Below, piece after piece: positions 46,947 to 56,141 of a stretch of 64,000 nucleotides of DNA. The notes under the pieces were generated by a model, which saw nothing but the letters and a program-made list of their open reading frames with translations, was not told where the DNA came from and did not search any database. The DNA comes from a virus (taxonomy: Duplodnaviria; Caudoviricetes). The stretch lies in the IMG/VR virus record IMGVR_UViG_3300021254_001514, positions 18,853 to 82,852 of that record; one strand, given 5' to 3'. Both the position numbers and the translations under genes were made by a program. Each line of letters starts with the position of its first letter. Position 1 is the stretch's first letter.

Positions 46947-47150
46947 TTAGCTATGTGTGCAGTAGGTCTCTTCCCATAACTCTCGCTTTTCTTTAATTAG
47001 TCTTAGAAGCTGCGAATCTTCCATATAGAAGGGATCAGCGCCCGCTCCGTAAATATTGAAGAGAAGCTGGGAAAAGCGCAAATCTGGATTAAGTAACCAG
47101 AGTTCTCTAAATTCGTTTAGGACTTTATCAATACGAGCTGGATCTCTCAT
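46947..47150 (-). CDS. Small conserved phage protein (DUF1040-like)
   Basis: MRDPARID..W...PDLRFSQL. Confidence 0.6.
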   Translation of the reverse strand: MRDPARIDKVLNEFRELWLLNPDLRFSQLLFNIYGAGADPFYMEDSQLLRLIKEKRELWEETYCTHS

Positions 47151-47259
47151 TAAGTTTCTCCTTTCAGAAATAGGCTTTTGGAGCGGCCGCTCCGACTTTT
47201 TCTATTTTCTTTTTCTCTCACTTTCTATATATATTATAGAGGAAAATTGAGAAAATTTC

Positions 47260-48050
47260 AAATTTTTTAAAGAAGAAATTTTTTTCGGCGCGGTTTTTAT
47301 ATAGAAAATTTTTAGGATTTTTTAGGATTTTTTTTGGAATTTTTTCAGAAAATTTTCGGGCACTAGTAAGCTTTCTTATAAGCTTTCTTATAGGATTACT
47401 TATAAGCTTACTTATAAGCTTACAGGAATTTTTACAGAAATTTTTACAAAAATTTTTTACAAAATTTGTTTCTCTCTGAAAATTTTGCCAGGTACGTTTT
47501 ATCACAATTCATTACGTTTTATCAAAACTCATCAAAACTCGTTACCGCTTATTATAACCTATAAGATCGCTATTGTACGGGACCCATCGATCGCCTATGG
47601 ACGGACACGGGTTCTATAGCCTCTTATAAGCCAGATCCCATTTTCCGTTTTAGTTCTTTTTACAGAAAATTTCTCCCCGTTTTTCTCTCTAGGGTCTCAC
47701 TCCTAATAAGTTCTCCTAATAAGTAAGCCTTATAGGAAAGGGTTTTCAGAGTTTTTCACACGATTCCCCTTTTACCCTCCCTTATAAGTAAACCTTATAA
47801 GTAAGCTTACTTATAAGCTTATAAGTAAGCCTTACAAGTTCCCGCGCCTCTTTTCCATTCGCGCTTCGCGCTCATTGGAAAAGGAGGTGCTCGGTTTCGA
47901 CCTAAAAAATTTTAACCTAAAACCTTATATAATATAATTATAAGTTCCCTTTACATATTCTATGTAGATTTTTTTAAAAAGAAATTCTAAAATTTTTGTG
48001 ACAGAATTTTCTAAAAATTTTTAAAGGTTTTCTTATGTGTTCTTAGCGCG
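47260..48050. repeat. AT-rich ORF-free region with iterated CTTATAAG/AAGCTT palindromes; candidate origin
   Basis: About 8 CTTATAAG copies in two clusters, plus TTTTTAC and TTTTAGGAT tandem repeats. Confidence 0.7.
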
Positions 48051-48064
48051 GGCTTGATAAAATC

Positions 48065-48505
48065 CTAGAATCGCGCCAAGATACTGAAAAGCCTTGCCTT
48101 AAATCCATGATACTCAATCCAATTAATTGCCCACTGAGTAGCTGCCCACTCCTTTGACAAATCAAAATAAACAAAAGCTGCCTTTTTATCTTCTACCAAA
48201 TTTTCAGGACTAAGCGCGCACATTATTCTAATAAAGTTCGATTCCTCTCCTTCGTCTGTATAGCTATCGGTAAAGTAATGACCGAGTTCGTGGAGAATCT
48301 GCCATAATTTTATAGAATATTTGTTTACTCTGCGGTATCCATGAGATTCTCTAACGTGCGCGAGAAACCATTTATAACCTCTTTCATTATCAGTACCAAG
48401 CGTCAAAACATTAGTTTCAAGATTTATATTGGTCTGGTCTTGTTTATTCATTCTAACACGAACACTCGGCGCAATTATTCTTACGATAAGTTTAGCTCCA
48501 ATCAT
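48065..48505 (-). CDS. Putative Zn metallopeptidase-like protein (HExxH)
   Basis: ILHELGHYF..E..ATQWA. Confidence 0.6.
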   Translation of the reverse strand: MIGAKLIVRIIAPSVRVRMNKQDQTNINLETNVLTLGTDNERGYKWFLAHVRESHGYRRVNKYSIKLWQILHELGHYFTDSYTDEGEESNFIRIMCALSPENLVEDKKAAFVYFDLSKEWAATQWAINWIEYHGFKARLFSILARF

Positions 48506-48519
48506 AGTAGACTCCTTTC

Positions 48520-48801
48520 TTAATGATCCCACTGAGGAAAACTATTTTCCCAAACCACTTCACCAGTCGTTGCATCAATAAAGCTATAGGTCATACCAGG
48601 TCTCCACCCTACATAGTATACATGGCGGCCGTTCATACAAATTTCATCAATATACATATCACTAGCTTCGCAATCACTAAAAGCATAAATTCTACTAACC
48701 TCAACCATCATCTTATCAATCTCACTAGAGTGGAAAGATTGTACATAAAATTCCTCAGGCTCATCTTCAAAACGATATACATAGTAGTTTCTTGCTCTCA
48801 T
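48520..48801 (-). CDS. Hypothetical protein (93 aa)
   Basis: Own promoter and AGGAG RBS. Confidence 0.7.
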   Translation of the reverse strand: MRARNYYVYRFEDEPEEFYVQSFHSSEIDKMMVEVSRIYAFSDCEASDMYIDEICMNGRHVYYVGWRPGMTYSFIDATTGEVVWENSFPQWDH

Positions 48802-48918
48802 AGTCTCTTCTCCTTTCAAATCTCTTTCTCTCACTTTCTAAAATAATTATACTAAAATTTTTCAAAAAAGTCAATAAAAAAAGAAGCTAATTCAAAAGTG
48901 AACTAGCTTCTATTCCTT

Positions 48919-50145
48919 TTATTCTCCTCTCTTCAAGAGATATTTACGAGAAACATTTTTGAAACTGAATGTTGGATCATCTACCCTATAGTAAACATAG
49001 CCTTCGCGCGCCTGCTTAGTTAATCCCTCGCAGACAGAAGGATCGTAGAAGCCATCAGCAGTCTTTTTAAACTCTTCAAAGTCATCCGGTAAATAGTAAT
49101 CCTTCTCATCAATGGGAACTACTTCCATCTCATAGAAATCCCAAATGCGCTTTGCCTCTCTAATATCATATCTTCCCTTAATAGAATCTGTCATATGGAA
49201 ACAATAAAAGTGAATATCTTTAAGGCCGTGCGGATTCCCCTGAATAGAGGGCGCGCATACCTCACCCTGCCAGCAAACAAATGTACATCCAGGTCGAAGA
49301 GTTAAGTAATCCTTCATCTTCTCTTCAATACGATATTTTTCTGCTACTCGCCAGAAGTTATCTCCATCTTTTTGAGATACTGGAATTCGTCTATTGCGCG
49401 AGCATACATAAAATTCAAACTTATTATGACCTTTTCTCTCAAGGATATAAGTGCCTGAAGAACCATCACATTTCTGAGTACGAATATAGGGAACTTTTTT
49501 CTCTAAAACCCAAGGCATATTTTCAACTCTTTCCTGGTCAGTTTTACTAACTCCAGGAAATTTTCCTACAGGCCAAGAATCTTCAAGGTATTTCTTTCTT
49601 CCAAAGAACAGATAAAGAACTTTCTTTCCAAAAGAAGTCTTATACAACATTCTACCAACTTTACTTTTTCCAATTTTTGGATGGCGCGCCATCATTTTCT
49701 TATATTTATCAACAGAAGAGGCCTTTCTTACATTATCCTCTTTCACATTATAAGTTACTCCAAGTTCCTTAGTTAAGAAACGAGACTCATCATCTACTCT
49801 GCGCGAAACATTTCCGCAAAGAATAGACCCATCTTCCATTACTGTCCATCCAAAACTCTTAACGGATACCAATAGTCCCTGAGAGACTTCTCCTCGAATT
49901 TTTTGAGACTTAACTTTGAAGTGTTTTCCTCTCAAAAATTCCATATCCGAAAAAGGTGGTACATCTGGTAACTGAGAATCAATTTCAAAATATACAGCAG
50001 GATCACCTTCCTCGAACTCTCCCTTACCTACCACACAGTGCCATCCGCCAATGTGCGCGCACTCAAGTCTATCGGCATTCATTGGAGTAATCTTTTCAAC
50101 CTTAACGAGGTAAGCAAGTTCTCTTTCTTTATCTTTATTTAACAT
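48919..50145 (-). CDS. ATP-dependent RNA ligase (Rnl2/DRB0094-like)
   Basis: Nucleotidyltransferase motifs KCDGSS (I), QGEV (III), FYCF (IIIa), REGYV (IV) and FKNVS (V); OB-like N-terminus. Confidence 0.88.
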   Translation of the reverse strand: MLNKDKERELAYLVKVEKITPMNADRLECAHIGGWHCVVGKGEFEEGDPAVYFEIDSQLPDVPPFSDMEFLRGKHFKVKSQKIRGEVSQGLLVSVKSFGWTVMEDGSILCGNVSRRVDDESRFLTKELGVTYNVKEDNVRKASSVDKYKKMMARHPKIGKSKVGRMLYKTSFGKKVLYLFFGRKKYLEDSWPVGKFPGVSKTDQERVENMPWVLEKKVPYIRTQKCDGSSGTYILERKGHNKFEFYVCSRNRRIPVSQKDGDNFWRVAEKYRIEEKMKDYLTLRPGCTFVCWQGEVCAPSIQGNPHGLKDIHFYCFHMTDSIKGRYDIREAKRIWDFYEMEVVPIDEKDYYLPDDFEEFKKTADGFYDPSVCEGLTKQAREGYVYYRVDDPTFSFKNVSRKYLLKRGE

Positions 50146-50146
50146 A

Positions 50147-50473
50147 TTATTCTCCTTCCTTCTCTAATAGACACCACTCAGCTCTTGCCGAATCATAGTC
50201 ATAAAGGCCAGGCTCTAAACCAACAATGTCAAAGCCATAGAGAAGGTTTAGAAAAATCTCATCCCTCTTATAATCGGGCATACCGATAATTTCCATATAC
50301 TCAGCACGATCGTAAATAGCTTCAATTCCAGAACCTGTCAGCTCTTCCATATTTTCGTCATAAAAAACAATAGAATCAGGCAAATGGCGCGTTTTATATT
50401 CCCATGCTACGCACTTTTCCTTTACATCAAAGAAGCAGCCATCCTCAGATTCATACAGTTCAAACTTTCTCAT
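50147..50473 (-). CDS. Hypothetical protein (108 aa)
   Basis: Own promoter and RBS. Confidence 0.65.
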   Translation of the reverse strand: MRKFELYESEDGCFFDVKEKCVAWEYKTRHLPDSIVFYDENMEELTGSGIEAIYDRAEYMEIIGMPDYKRDEIFLNLLYGFDIVGLEPGLYDYDSARAEWCLLEKEGE

Positions 50474-50649
50474 AACATTAGTCCCCTTTCTTCTATTCTC
50501 TTTCACTTTCTAAAATAATTATACTAAAAATTTCTGAAAAAGTCAAATTAAAGAAAGTTAAATCGCCGCGCCACCCGATCCATCATCCCAAAAATATTCG
50601 ATAGCTAAAATACAAAGTAGAATAAAACAGAGAATCACTACTTTCATAC

Positions 50650-50916
50650 TCATCCTCCTTCTTTAGTTACTGCAAGAACTGAAGGCATATTCATTACTTT
50701 TATAATAGCATCACAGACATCTTCTCTTACGTCTATATTTCGGATTATTTCAATAACCTTCTTTCTGTCTACGGCATTATAAGAAGGTTGAACTTCTAAG
50801 GCGGCGATTGCGGCGGCGACAACATGAAGGTCTAGAGGCTTAGTAGTTAGTTCGTCATTATAAATTGACTGATTAAAAGCTCCTCTTAATTCTCTTAATG
50901 CTTCTTCTCTATTCAT
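50650..50916 (-). CDS. Small phage protein, MxREEA family
   Basis: MNREEA..AIAALEVQP resembles the 54916 gene. Confidence 0.65.
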   Translation of the reverse strand: MNREEALRELRGAFNQSIYNDELTTKPLDLHVVAAAIAALEVQPSYNAVDRKKVIEIIRNIDVREDVCDAIIKVMNMPSVLAVTKEGG

Positions 50917-50918
50917 TT

Positions 50919-51302
50919 TTATACCTCTTTTTTTACATACAGACTGAAGTCTGACGTCATCAACTTATCAGTGTCAAGCTTATAAGAACAAAACAATCTT
51001 ATTAAACCATTCGGTAAGCAATCAATAGACCAGTCAATTCTTTCTACCCTGCCGGTTTTAAGTGTTTTATCGAAATCCTCCCCATATCTTCCATATCCAC
51101 CTATTCCGTTTAGATGTATTACGTCACAACAACCACCAATACAGCCAACTACCTCTTCATGATTCGTTAGTGCAAATCTCATACATCCGAATCCACTATC
51201 ATGTAATTCATTAGTTGGAATAATTACAATCCCATTAAATTCATCTGTTGGCTTAAAGTAATCAAGATTTTCAAATTCCTCTTTTGTACTAAATATATTC
51301 AT
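50919..51302 (-). CDS. Hypothetical protein (127 aa)
   Basis: RBS and operon coupling. Confidence 0.65.
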   Translation of the reverse strand: MNIFSTKEEFENLDYFKPTDEFNGIVIIPTNELHDSGFGCMRFALTNHEEVVGCIGGCCDVIHLNGIGGYGRYGEDFDKTLKTGRVERIDWSIDCLPNGLIRLFCSYKLDTDKLMTSDFSLYVKKEV

Positions 51303-51321
51303 TCCTCTACATCCTTTCTTC

Positions 51322-51636
51322 CTAAAACTCTTTAGGCTTAACCCACAAATCAAGGATTGCCTTATACATTCCAAATTCCTCATCAAATTTTGTTTCTATG
51401 GGCAAATCCATAACCTTCCTGTTGAACAGTTCAACCATCTTATAGACAAGCATTAATGATATATCATCTTTTGGCATCTGCATCACTTCTTGCTTAGAAA
51501 GGGTTGTGCATAATCTCAAATGGTTTAATTCTGCCTTATTAATTATATTAACAGGCATGGGTATAGACTGTCGCTTGTAAAAAGCAATCTCACGCTTTAA
51601 TGCTCTAATAATGTTTAGTTTACGATCAGCCTTCAT
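51322..51636 (-). CDS. Hypothetical protein (104 aa)
   Basis: ATGA coupling to the upstream gene. Confidence 0.6.
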   Translation of the reverse strand: MKADRKLNIIRALKREIAFYKRQSIPMPVNIINKAELNHLRLCTTLSKQEVMQMPKDDISLMLVYKMVELFNRKVMDLPIETKFDEEFGMYKAILDLWVKPKEF

Positions 51637-51940
51637 CTTCTACCTCCATTTTTACACCACAGTTAGGGCAATACTTACTTTGTTTAAATTCAACCGCCCC
51701 ACATTCAGAACATTTATACGGTGTAAAGCCTTCACCCATTTTTATCCACTTCCCTATCTTTGGCTGTTGCTCTACATTAGTTATCACGATTCGCTTATTC
51801 CCAACATACACTCGGTATACACCATCGTCATGGAATACAACTGCATGAGGTATCACTTCAACACTGTTTCTGTCTTTTGGTGTGATATTGACTTCTTCTC
51901 CTTCTTCCACAACTGAAATCATTCCATCCTTATATTCCAT
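51626..51940 (-). CDS. Small protein with C-terminal Zn-ribbon
   Basis: KIGKW..YKCSECG..YCPNCGVKME. Confidence 0.7.
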   Translation of the reverse strand: MEYKDGMISVVEEGEEVNITPKDRNSVEVIPHAVVFHDDGVYRVYVGNKRIVITNVEQQPKIGKWIKMGEGFTPYKCSECGAVEFKQSKYCPNCGVKMEVEDEG

Positions 51941-51983
51941 TTATTATCCTCACTTTCTGCCTTATCTGCTTCTACAATTCGTT

Positions 51984-52193
51984 TCATGCTCTTGTATTCC
52001 AATATTCAATCGTTCTCTCCATCGCTTCATGAACATTAACATCTTTACATACATTCTTGTATCCGTTAAGTCCACAATCAGCACACTGAATATGCACACT
52101 ATAAAAAACATCTATCGTGGGATATGGCATATAGATTCGTTTAGACCCACACATAGGACACGGTTTTGCTATATTTGTCAAATCTCTTGTCAT
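51984..52193 (-). CDS. Lar-family restriction alleviation-like Zn-ribbon protein
   Basis: KPCPMCG..IQCADCG..WNTRA. Confidence 0.7.
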   Translation of the reverse strand: MTRDLTNIAKPCPMCGSKRIYMPYPTIDVFYSVHIQCADCGLNGYKNVCKDVNVHEAMERTIEYWNTRA

Positions 52194-52357
52194 TCCTCTT
52201 CCTCACTTTCTGCCTTATCTGTTTCTTTAATATCATAATTACCGCATAAATGTGATATCTCTGTATAAGCATCCGGGCAATACATGGTCGGATTAGCTTG
52301 CGCTATACAAAATTCATCATATGTTTTAGGTGCATATTCACATTCCCAACAACTCAT
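52190..52357 (-). CDS. Small Cys-containing protein ending in the shared DKAESE tail (55 aa)
   Basis: MSCWECEY..ETDKAESEEEE; ATGA-coupled at both ends. Confidence 0.65.
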   Translation of the reverse strand: MSCWECEYAPKTYDEFCIAQANPTMYCPDAYTEISHLCGNYDIKETDKAESEEEE

Positions 52358-52725
52358 TCCCTATCCTCACTTTCTGCCTTATCTGCTTCTATTATTGTTG
52401 GCGCAATAAAATATTCTTGGAGATACATTGAAAGCACCGTTGGGTTGTATGTACCAAATCCTATAAAATGTTCCCCATTTTCTTCATACTTGATTGAAAA
52501 ATATGGTTTACCTTTATATTCGGGATATGTGCATAATTCAGCAGGTGGATATTCAACCATTATTGACTCAAATTTTCTTCCGTGACCTTTTGGAATTAGT
52601 GTGCCGTTTCTAACTGCTTCTCTCAAATCAAGTAATACACTGAGATTGATTGTGTTTTTTCTGGTTTGTGTTAAATCATTATATTCATCTTCGGGTATCT
52701 TAATCACCAATTCTATATCCGCCAT
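52354..52725 (-). CDS. MQIVI/PKGHG/PTIIEAD family paralog 1
   Basis: IELVIKIP..NGTLIPKGHGR..PTIIEADKAESEDRE. Confidence 0.75.
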   Translation of the reverse strand: MADIELVIKIPEDEYNDLTQTRKNTINLSVLLDLREAVRNGTLIPKGHGRKFESIMVEYPPAELCTYPEYKGKPYFSIKYEENGEHFIGFGTYNPTVLSMYLQEYFIAPTIIEADKAESEDRE

Positions 52726-52727
52726 AT

Positions 52728-53003
52728 TTATTCCTCACTTTCTACCTCATTTGCTTCTATGATTGTTGGTGCAAGGTTCATGTGCGCAATTACACATTCC
52801 ATATATTTATGATTTATTCCATATTTCATTTTATTTTTTGCTTCTGTAATAACATTATCTGCATCAATCAGCCGCCCATATTCCTTCGGAAGAAGTGTAC
52901 CGTTCTTAATAATTTGCCATAACTTTTCTGCATCATCTTCATCTGGAAATCCGTTATCATACCAGTCGTACATCTCGTTCGGTATATCAATTACTATCTG
53001 CAT
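52728..53003 (-). CDS. MQIVI/PKGHG/PTIIEAD family paralog 2
   Basis: MQIVIDIP..NGTLLPKEYGRLIDAD..PTIIEANEVESEE. Confidence 0.75.
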   Translation of the reverse strand: MQIVIDIPNEMYDWYDNGFPDEDDAEKLWQIIKNGTLLPKEYGRLIDADNVITEAKNKMKYGINHKYMECVIAHMNLAPTIIEANEVESEE

Positions 53004-53004
53004 C

Positions 53005-53295
53005 CTAATCCTCACTTTCTGCTCTATCTGCTTCTATGATTGTTGGTACATTTCTGATACGATTTCTCAAATAGTCGGTTGCATTAGTATAGTTATATTC
53101 TCCTGCATTTATCCAATCATCTATTGCATCCACGACATATCCATAGTCAATTATTCTTCCGTGACCCTTTGGAAGTGGTGTGCCATTCTTTATAGCTTCA
53201 GACAATAAATGCGGACAAGCACAAACAGCCACATAATTATTGTTGAGTATCACTTCGTATTCCTTATCTGGTATCTCAATTACTATCTGCATCAT
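53005..53295 (-). CDS. MQIVI/PKGHG/PTIIEAD family paralog 3
   Basis: MQIVIEIP..NGTPLPKGHGRIID..PTIIEADRAESED. Confidence 0.75.
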   Translation of the reverse strand: MMQIVIEIPDKEYEVILNNNYVAVCACPHLLSEAIKNGTPLPKGHGRIIDYGYVVDAIDDWINAGEYNYTNATDYLRNRIRNVPTIIEADRAESED

Positions 53296-53482
53296 GCACC
53301 TCACCTTCTGCTTTGTAAAAAGGGCAATTATATCTGACCATCTGTCCCGGTTTCGGCACATACTTACATTCCTTTCGACTTGCACAAACATTACAATCAC
53401 CAGTTTCGTATATGTTCCTTAGTGCCCTTAGACTGTCAAGAACATAAGCTATTGTTGATATGATTGTATCTAATTTATTCAT
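53276..53482 (-). CDS. Small Cys-rich protein (68 aa)
   Basis: CNVC..C..CPFY. Confidence 0.6.
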   Translation of the reverse strand: MNKLDTIISTIAYVLDSLRALRNIYETGDCNVCASRKECKYVPKPGQMVRYNCPFYKAEGEVHDADSN

Positions 53483-53730
53483 TCCTTATCCTCACTTTCT
53501 ATGTACTTGTCGATAATCTCCAACGCCATTTCCAGACCTTCTGCACACGATATGTTGTCCGGGTGTACTCTGTCATATTGTTCATCTATCTCGGCTCTTA
53601 TCTTGTCAAGAATACTTAGTAGTTCAAATTTCCGAATAATAAAGTCACAAAAATCTACCATTGTATCACTTTCACACTTAAAATCAGTTCGTAAACCTGT
53701 TGCAAGTCTTATTACTTCTTCCCTTGTCAT
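53479..53730 (-). CDS. Small phage protein, MxREE family
   Basis: MTREEV..LDKIRAEI..IIDKYIESEDKE. Confidence 0.65.
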   Translation of the reverse strand: MTREEVIRLATGLRTDFKCESDTMVDFCDFIIRKFELLSILDKIRAEIDEQYDRVHPDNISCAEGLEMALEIIDKYIESEDKE

Positions 53731-53927
53731 TCTTCCACACCACTTTCTGCTTTGTCCTTAATTGCTTCTATCGCATCGTAAAGTCCGTCATGATAGCCAA
53801 TCACATATTGGTTGTCTGTAATATAACATTTTTGCTCAAACTCGTTCCTCGCCAACTGTGGGTCTATATCAAACTTTCTCGTAGCCACTAAAACGGCATC
53901 ATCTAAACTCAAAAACGGTTTTGTCAT
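53727..53927 (-). CDS. Hypothetical protein (66 aa)
   Basis: ATGA-coupled; ends KAESGVEE. Confidence 0.6.
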   Translation of the reverse strand: MTKPFLSLDDAVLVATRKFDIDPQLARNEFEQKCYITDNQYVIGYHDGLYDAIEAIKDKAESGVEE

Positions 53928-54283
53928 TCCCTATCCTCGCTTTCTGCCTTATCTGCTTCTATGATTGTTGGCATTCCACTGACAGCTTTGACCATATCTT
54001 CGTAGTGAGCATATGGCACATAATCATTACCTGGTTCTCTCACAAAACATTCAGTTTCTGTATAATCAAACTTATCCCAAGTATCAATGGCCTTTAACAT
54101 TTCATCCGCATCAATTAACGCCTTTAATACTTCATCCGCATCAATCAGCCTGCCGTGTTCTTTTGGAAGTGGTTTACCCTTACGGATTGCCATACAAGCT
54201 CTACGCATATCCATTACATAATTTTCACCATTGTCAAAAAGTCTTGTGTAAAGATTCTCGTCTATCTTAATTACTATCTGCAT
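53924..54283 (-). CDS. MQIVI/PKGHG/PTIIEAD family paralog 4
   Basis: Contains an internal LIDADE duplication; ends PTIIEADKAESEDRE. Confidence 0.75.
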   Translation of the reverse strand: MQIVIKIDENLYTRLFDNGENYVMDMRRACMAIRKGKPLPKEHGRLIDADEVLKALIDADEMLKAIDTWDKFDYTETECFVREPGNDYVPYAHYEDMVKAVSGMPTIIEADKAESEDRE

Positions 54284-54515
54284 TTTCTTCCTCCGTGTCT
54301 GCTTCTATGATTGTTTTGGGTTTTACGTGCGATAAAGCCGCTTCTGTATACGCACCATATTCCCTTGCGTTGTTTTTCAGTTCTTCATAATCCACAAGAT
54401 CACCATGACCTTTCGGAAGAGGTGTACCGTTCTCTATATATCCCTTTAATTTGAACATATCAATGTAAACAAGTCTTTTGTATTCTTCATCTGGAATATC
54501 AATTACTATCTGCAT
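54267..54515 (-). CDS. MQIVI/PKGHG/PTIIEAD family paralog 5
   Basis: MQIVIDIP..NGTPLPKGHGDL..KTIIEAD. Confidence 0.75.
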   Translation of the reverse strand: MQIVIDIPDEEYKRLVYIDMFKLKGYIENGTPLPKGHGDLVDYEELKNNAREYGAYTEAALSHVKPKTIIEADTEEENADSN

Positions 54516-54688
54516 TTTCTCCCTCACTATCTATCTCATACGCCGCCATATTTCATCGGCTTGCTCCTTACCATGTTTCTTGCAATCAATCTTATAACTT
54601 ATCCACTGATACAGCGGAATAAGTAATATTGCACCAGCCCAACAAATTCCAACAAAAGCAACTGCGTCTAAAAACGGATCGCCTAATA

Positions 54689-54919
54689 TCATTTATTCCT
54701 CTTTCTGCCTTTGTCCTTGATTGCTTCATCTTTTATCCGCTGAATACACCTATCGCATATATCAATATCTTTGAAATATGTGATCTCTTTGTCTCCAGTA
54801 TTTATAAACCTTCTGAATTTTGGCTTATTTTCCACAACTATTACTGGCTCAAAAACAGCTATGCCAGGCTCGCCCATAAACATCGGGCGTTTGCATATAT
54901 CACAAATTATGGTTTTCAT
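54689..54919 (-). CDS. Small Zn-binding-like protein
   Basis: ICDIC..DICDRC. Confidence 0.6.
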   Translation of the reverse strand: MKTIICDICKRPMFMGEPGIAVFEPVIVVENKPKFRRFINTGDKEITYFKDIDICDRCIQRIKDEAIKDKGRKRNK

Positions 54920-55332
54920 TCCTCTACCTCCATCTTTGCTCCACATTGTGGACAATATCTATACAACGGAATACTACCTTTTTCCTTTTTGCTAACGCAC
55001 TCTATAACAATGCTCCTGCACTCCGAACAATGCCAATTTCCAATTTTGGGATTACAGTCATACTGCACCCATTCCCATTTTCCTATCTTCGGCTGTGGTG
55101 TGACGGGTGGAAATTCTTTAATATCTTGACATACTAACTCGTTTTCTGTGCTATGTCCTAATTCTGCCTCGCTTCCCTCAATGTATTCAAGTACAGCTTT
55201 TCTGCTGATACAATCTTCACAAGGCTCTTGCTCTAATGCTTCGATTGCCATATCTAAAGCATTTTCACCGAGTTCAGACTTTGCACCTACCTTAAAGGTA
55301 TTTAATTCTGCTGTTGCTTCTTCTCTTGTCAT
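54916..55332 (-). CDS. MxREEA family protein with C-terminal Zn-ribbon
   Basis: MTREEA..ALDMAIEALEQEP..CSEC..YCPQCGAKME. Confidence 0.75.
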   Translation of the reverse strand: MTREEATAELNTFKVGAKSELGENALDMAIEALEQEPCEDCISRKAVLEYIEGSEAELGHSTENELVCQDIKEFPPVTPQPKIGKWEWVQYDCNPKIGNWHCSECRSIVIECVSKKEKGSIPLYRYCPQCGAKMEVEE

Positions 55333-55607
55333 CCCTCTATCTCCATTTCTGCGCCACAGTTGGGACAGAACTTATATATATCTCTCTCTTCGTTTCCCCA
55401 CGCATCCATATTTCTACAGGACGAACAAACATAAATAGGTTCGATGCGCCCACGACTACATTCTTCATCCTTTATCCATTTTCCTTTCTTTCGCCCCATT
55501 ATCATACTAATCGCTTCATCTATCACTATCTGATATTCTAAAGAATACTCCCATTCAATTTCATTCTTTAATAATTTTAATTTACTAACAACTTCATCTC
55601 TTTTCAT
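55329..55607 (-). CDS. Small protein with C-terminal Zn-ribbon
   Basis: KKGKWI..YVCSSC..FCPNCGAEME. Confidence 0.7.
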   Translation of the reverse strand: MKRDEVVSKLKLLKNEIEWEYSLEYQIVIDEAISMIMGRKKGKWIKDEECSRGRIEPIYVCSSCRNMDAWGNEERDIYKFCPNCGAEMEIEG

Positions 55608-55637
55608 TTTTCACATTCTCCTATCTAGTCAATTTTA

Positions 55638-55913
55638 TTACATTGAATACGACCAATTTTGTGAATCCATTTTCTTTATTACATACCACTGTTCATCTTC
55701 GTGACTAAATTGTATGACAGCTAAAAAGTATTTATAAGCCAACTCTCTAACAAAAGCAATTCGATTTGCGATTTCGGCGGCATGGTCAAGATCTTTAGTT
55801 GTATCTTCCCCTCCTTCTGCAGCGCGCATTTCAGCGTTTTCAATACACACATCATATTCTGTCTGTAAGATATTAATTTCATCAACAAGATTTTCAATAG
55901 TAATTCCATTCAT
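55638..55913 (-). CDS. Hypothetical protein (91 aa)
   Basis: Own promoter and GGAGG RBS. Confidence 0.65.
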   Translation of the reverse strand: MNGITIENLVDEINILQTEYDVCIENAEMRAAEGGEDTTKDLDHAAEIANRIAFVRELAYKYFLAVIQFSHEDEQWYVIKKMDSQNWSYSM

Positions 55914-56141
55914 TTATTTATTCCTCCCACTTTCTTTTTCTATAATAATTATACAACAAAATAGGGAAAAAATCAAATTTAAAATGATTTTTTCCCATAT
56001 CTTTTTCAATATAAAATTAAATTGTCTTAAATAAAATGATCGTCGTGCTCCATACCAATTACCGCACCAACAAGAAAACAAATAAAGGCAGTAAAAGCAC
56101 CCGCAAGAAAACCAACGGCAAAATTCATTTCATTCTCCTTT

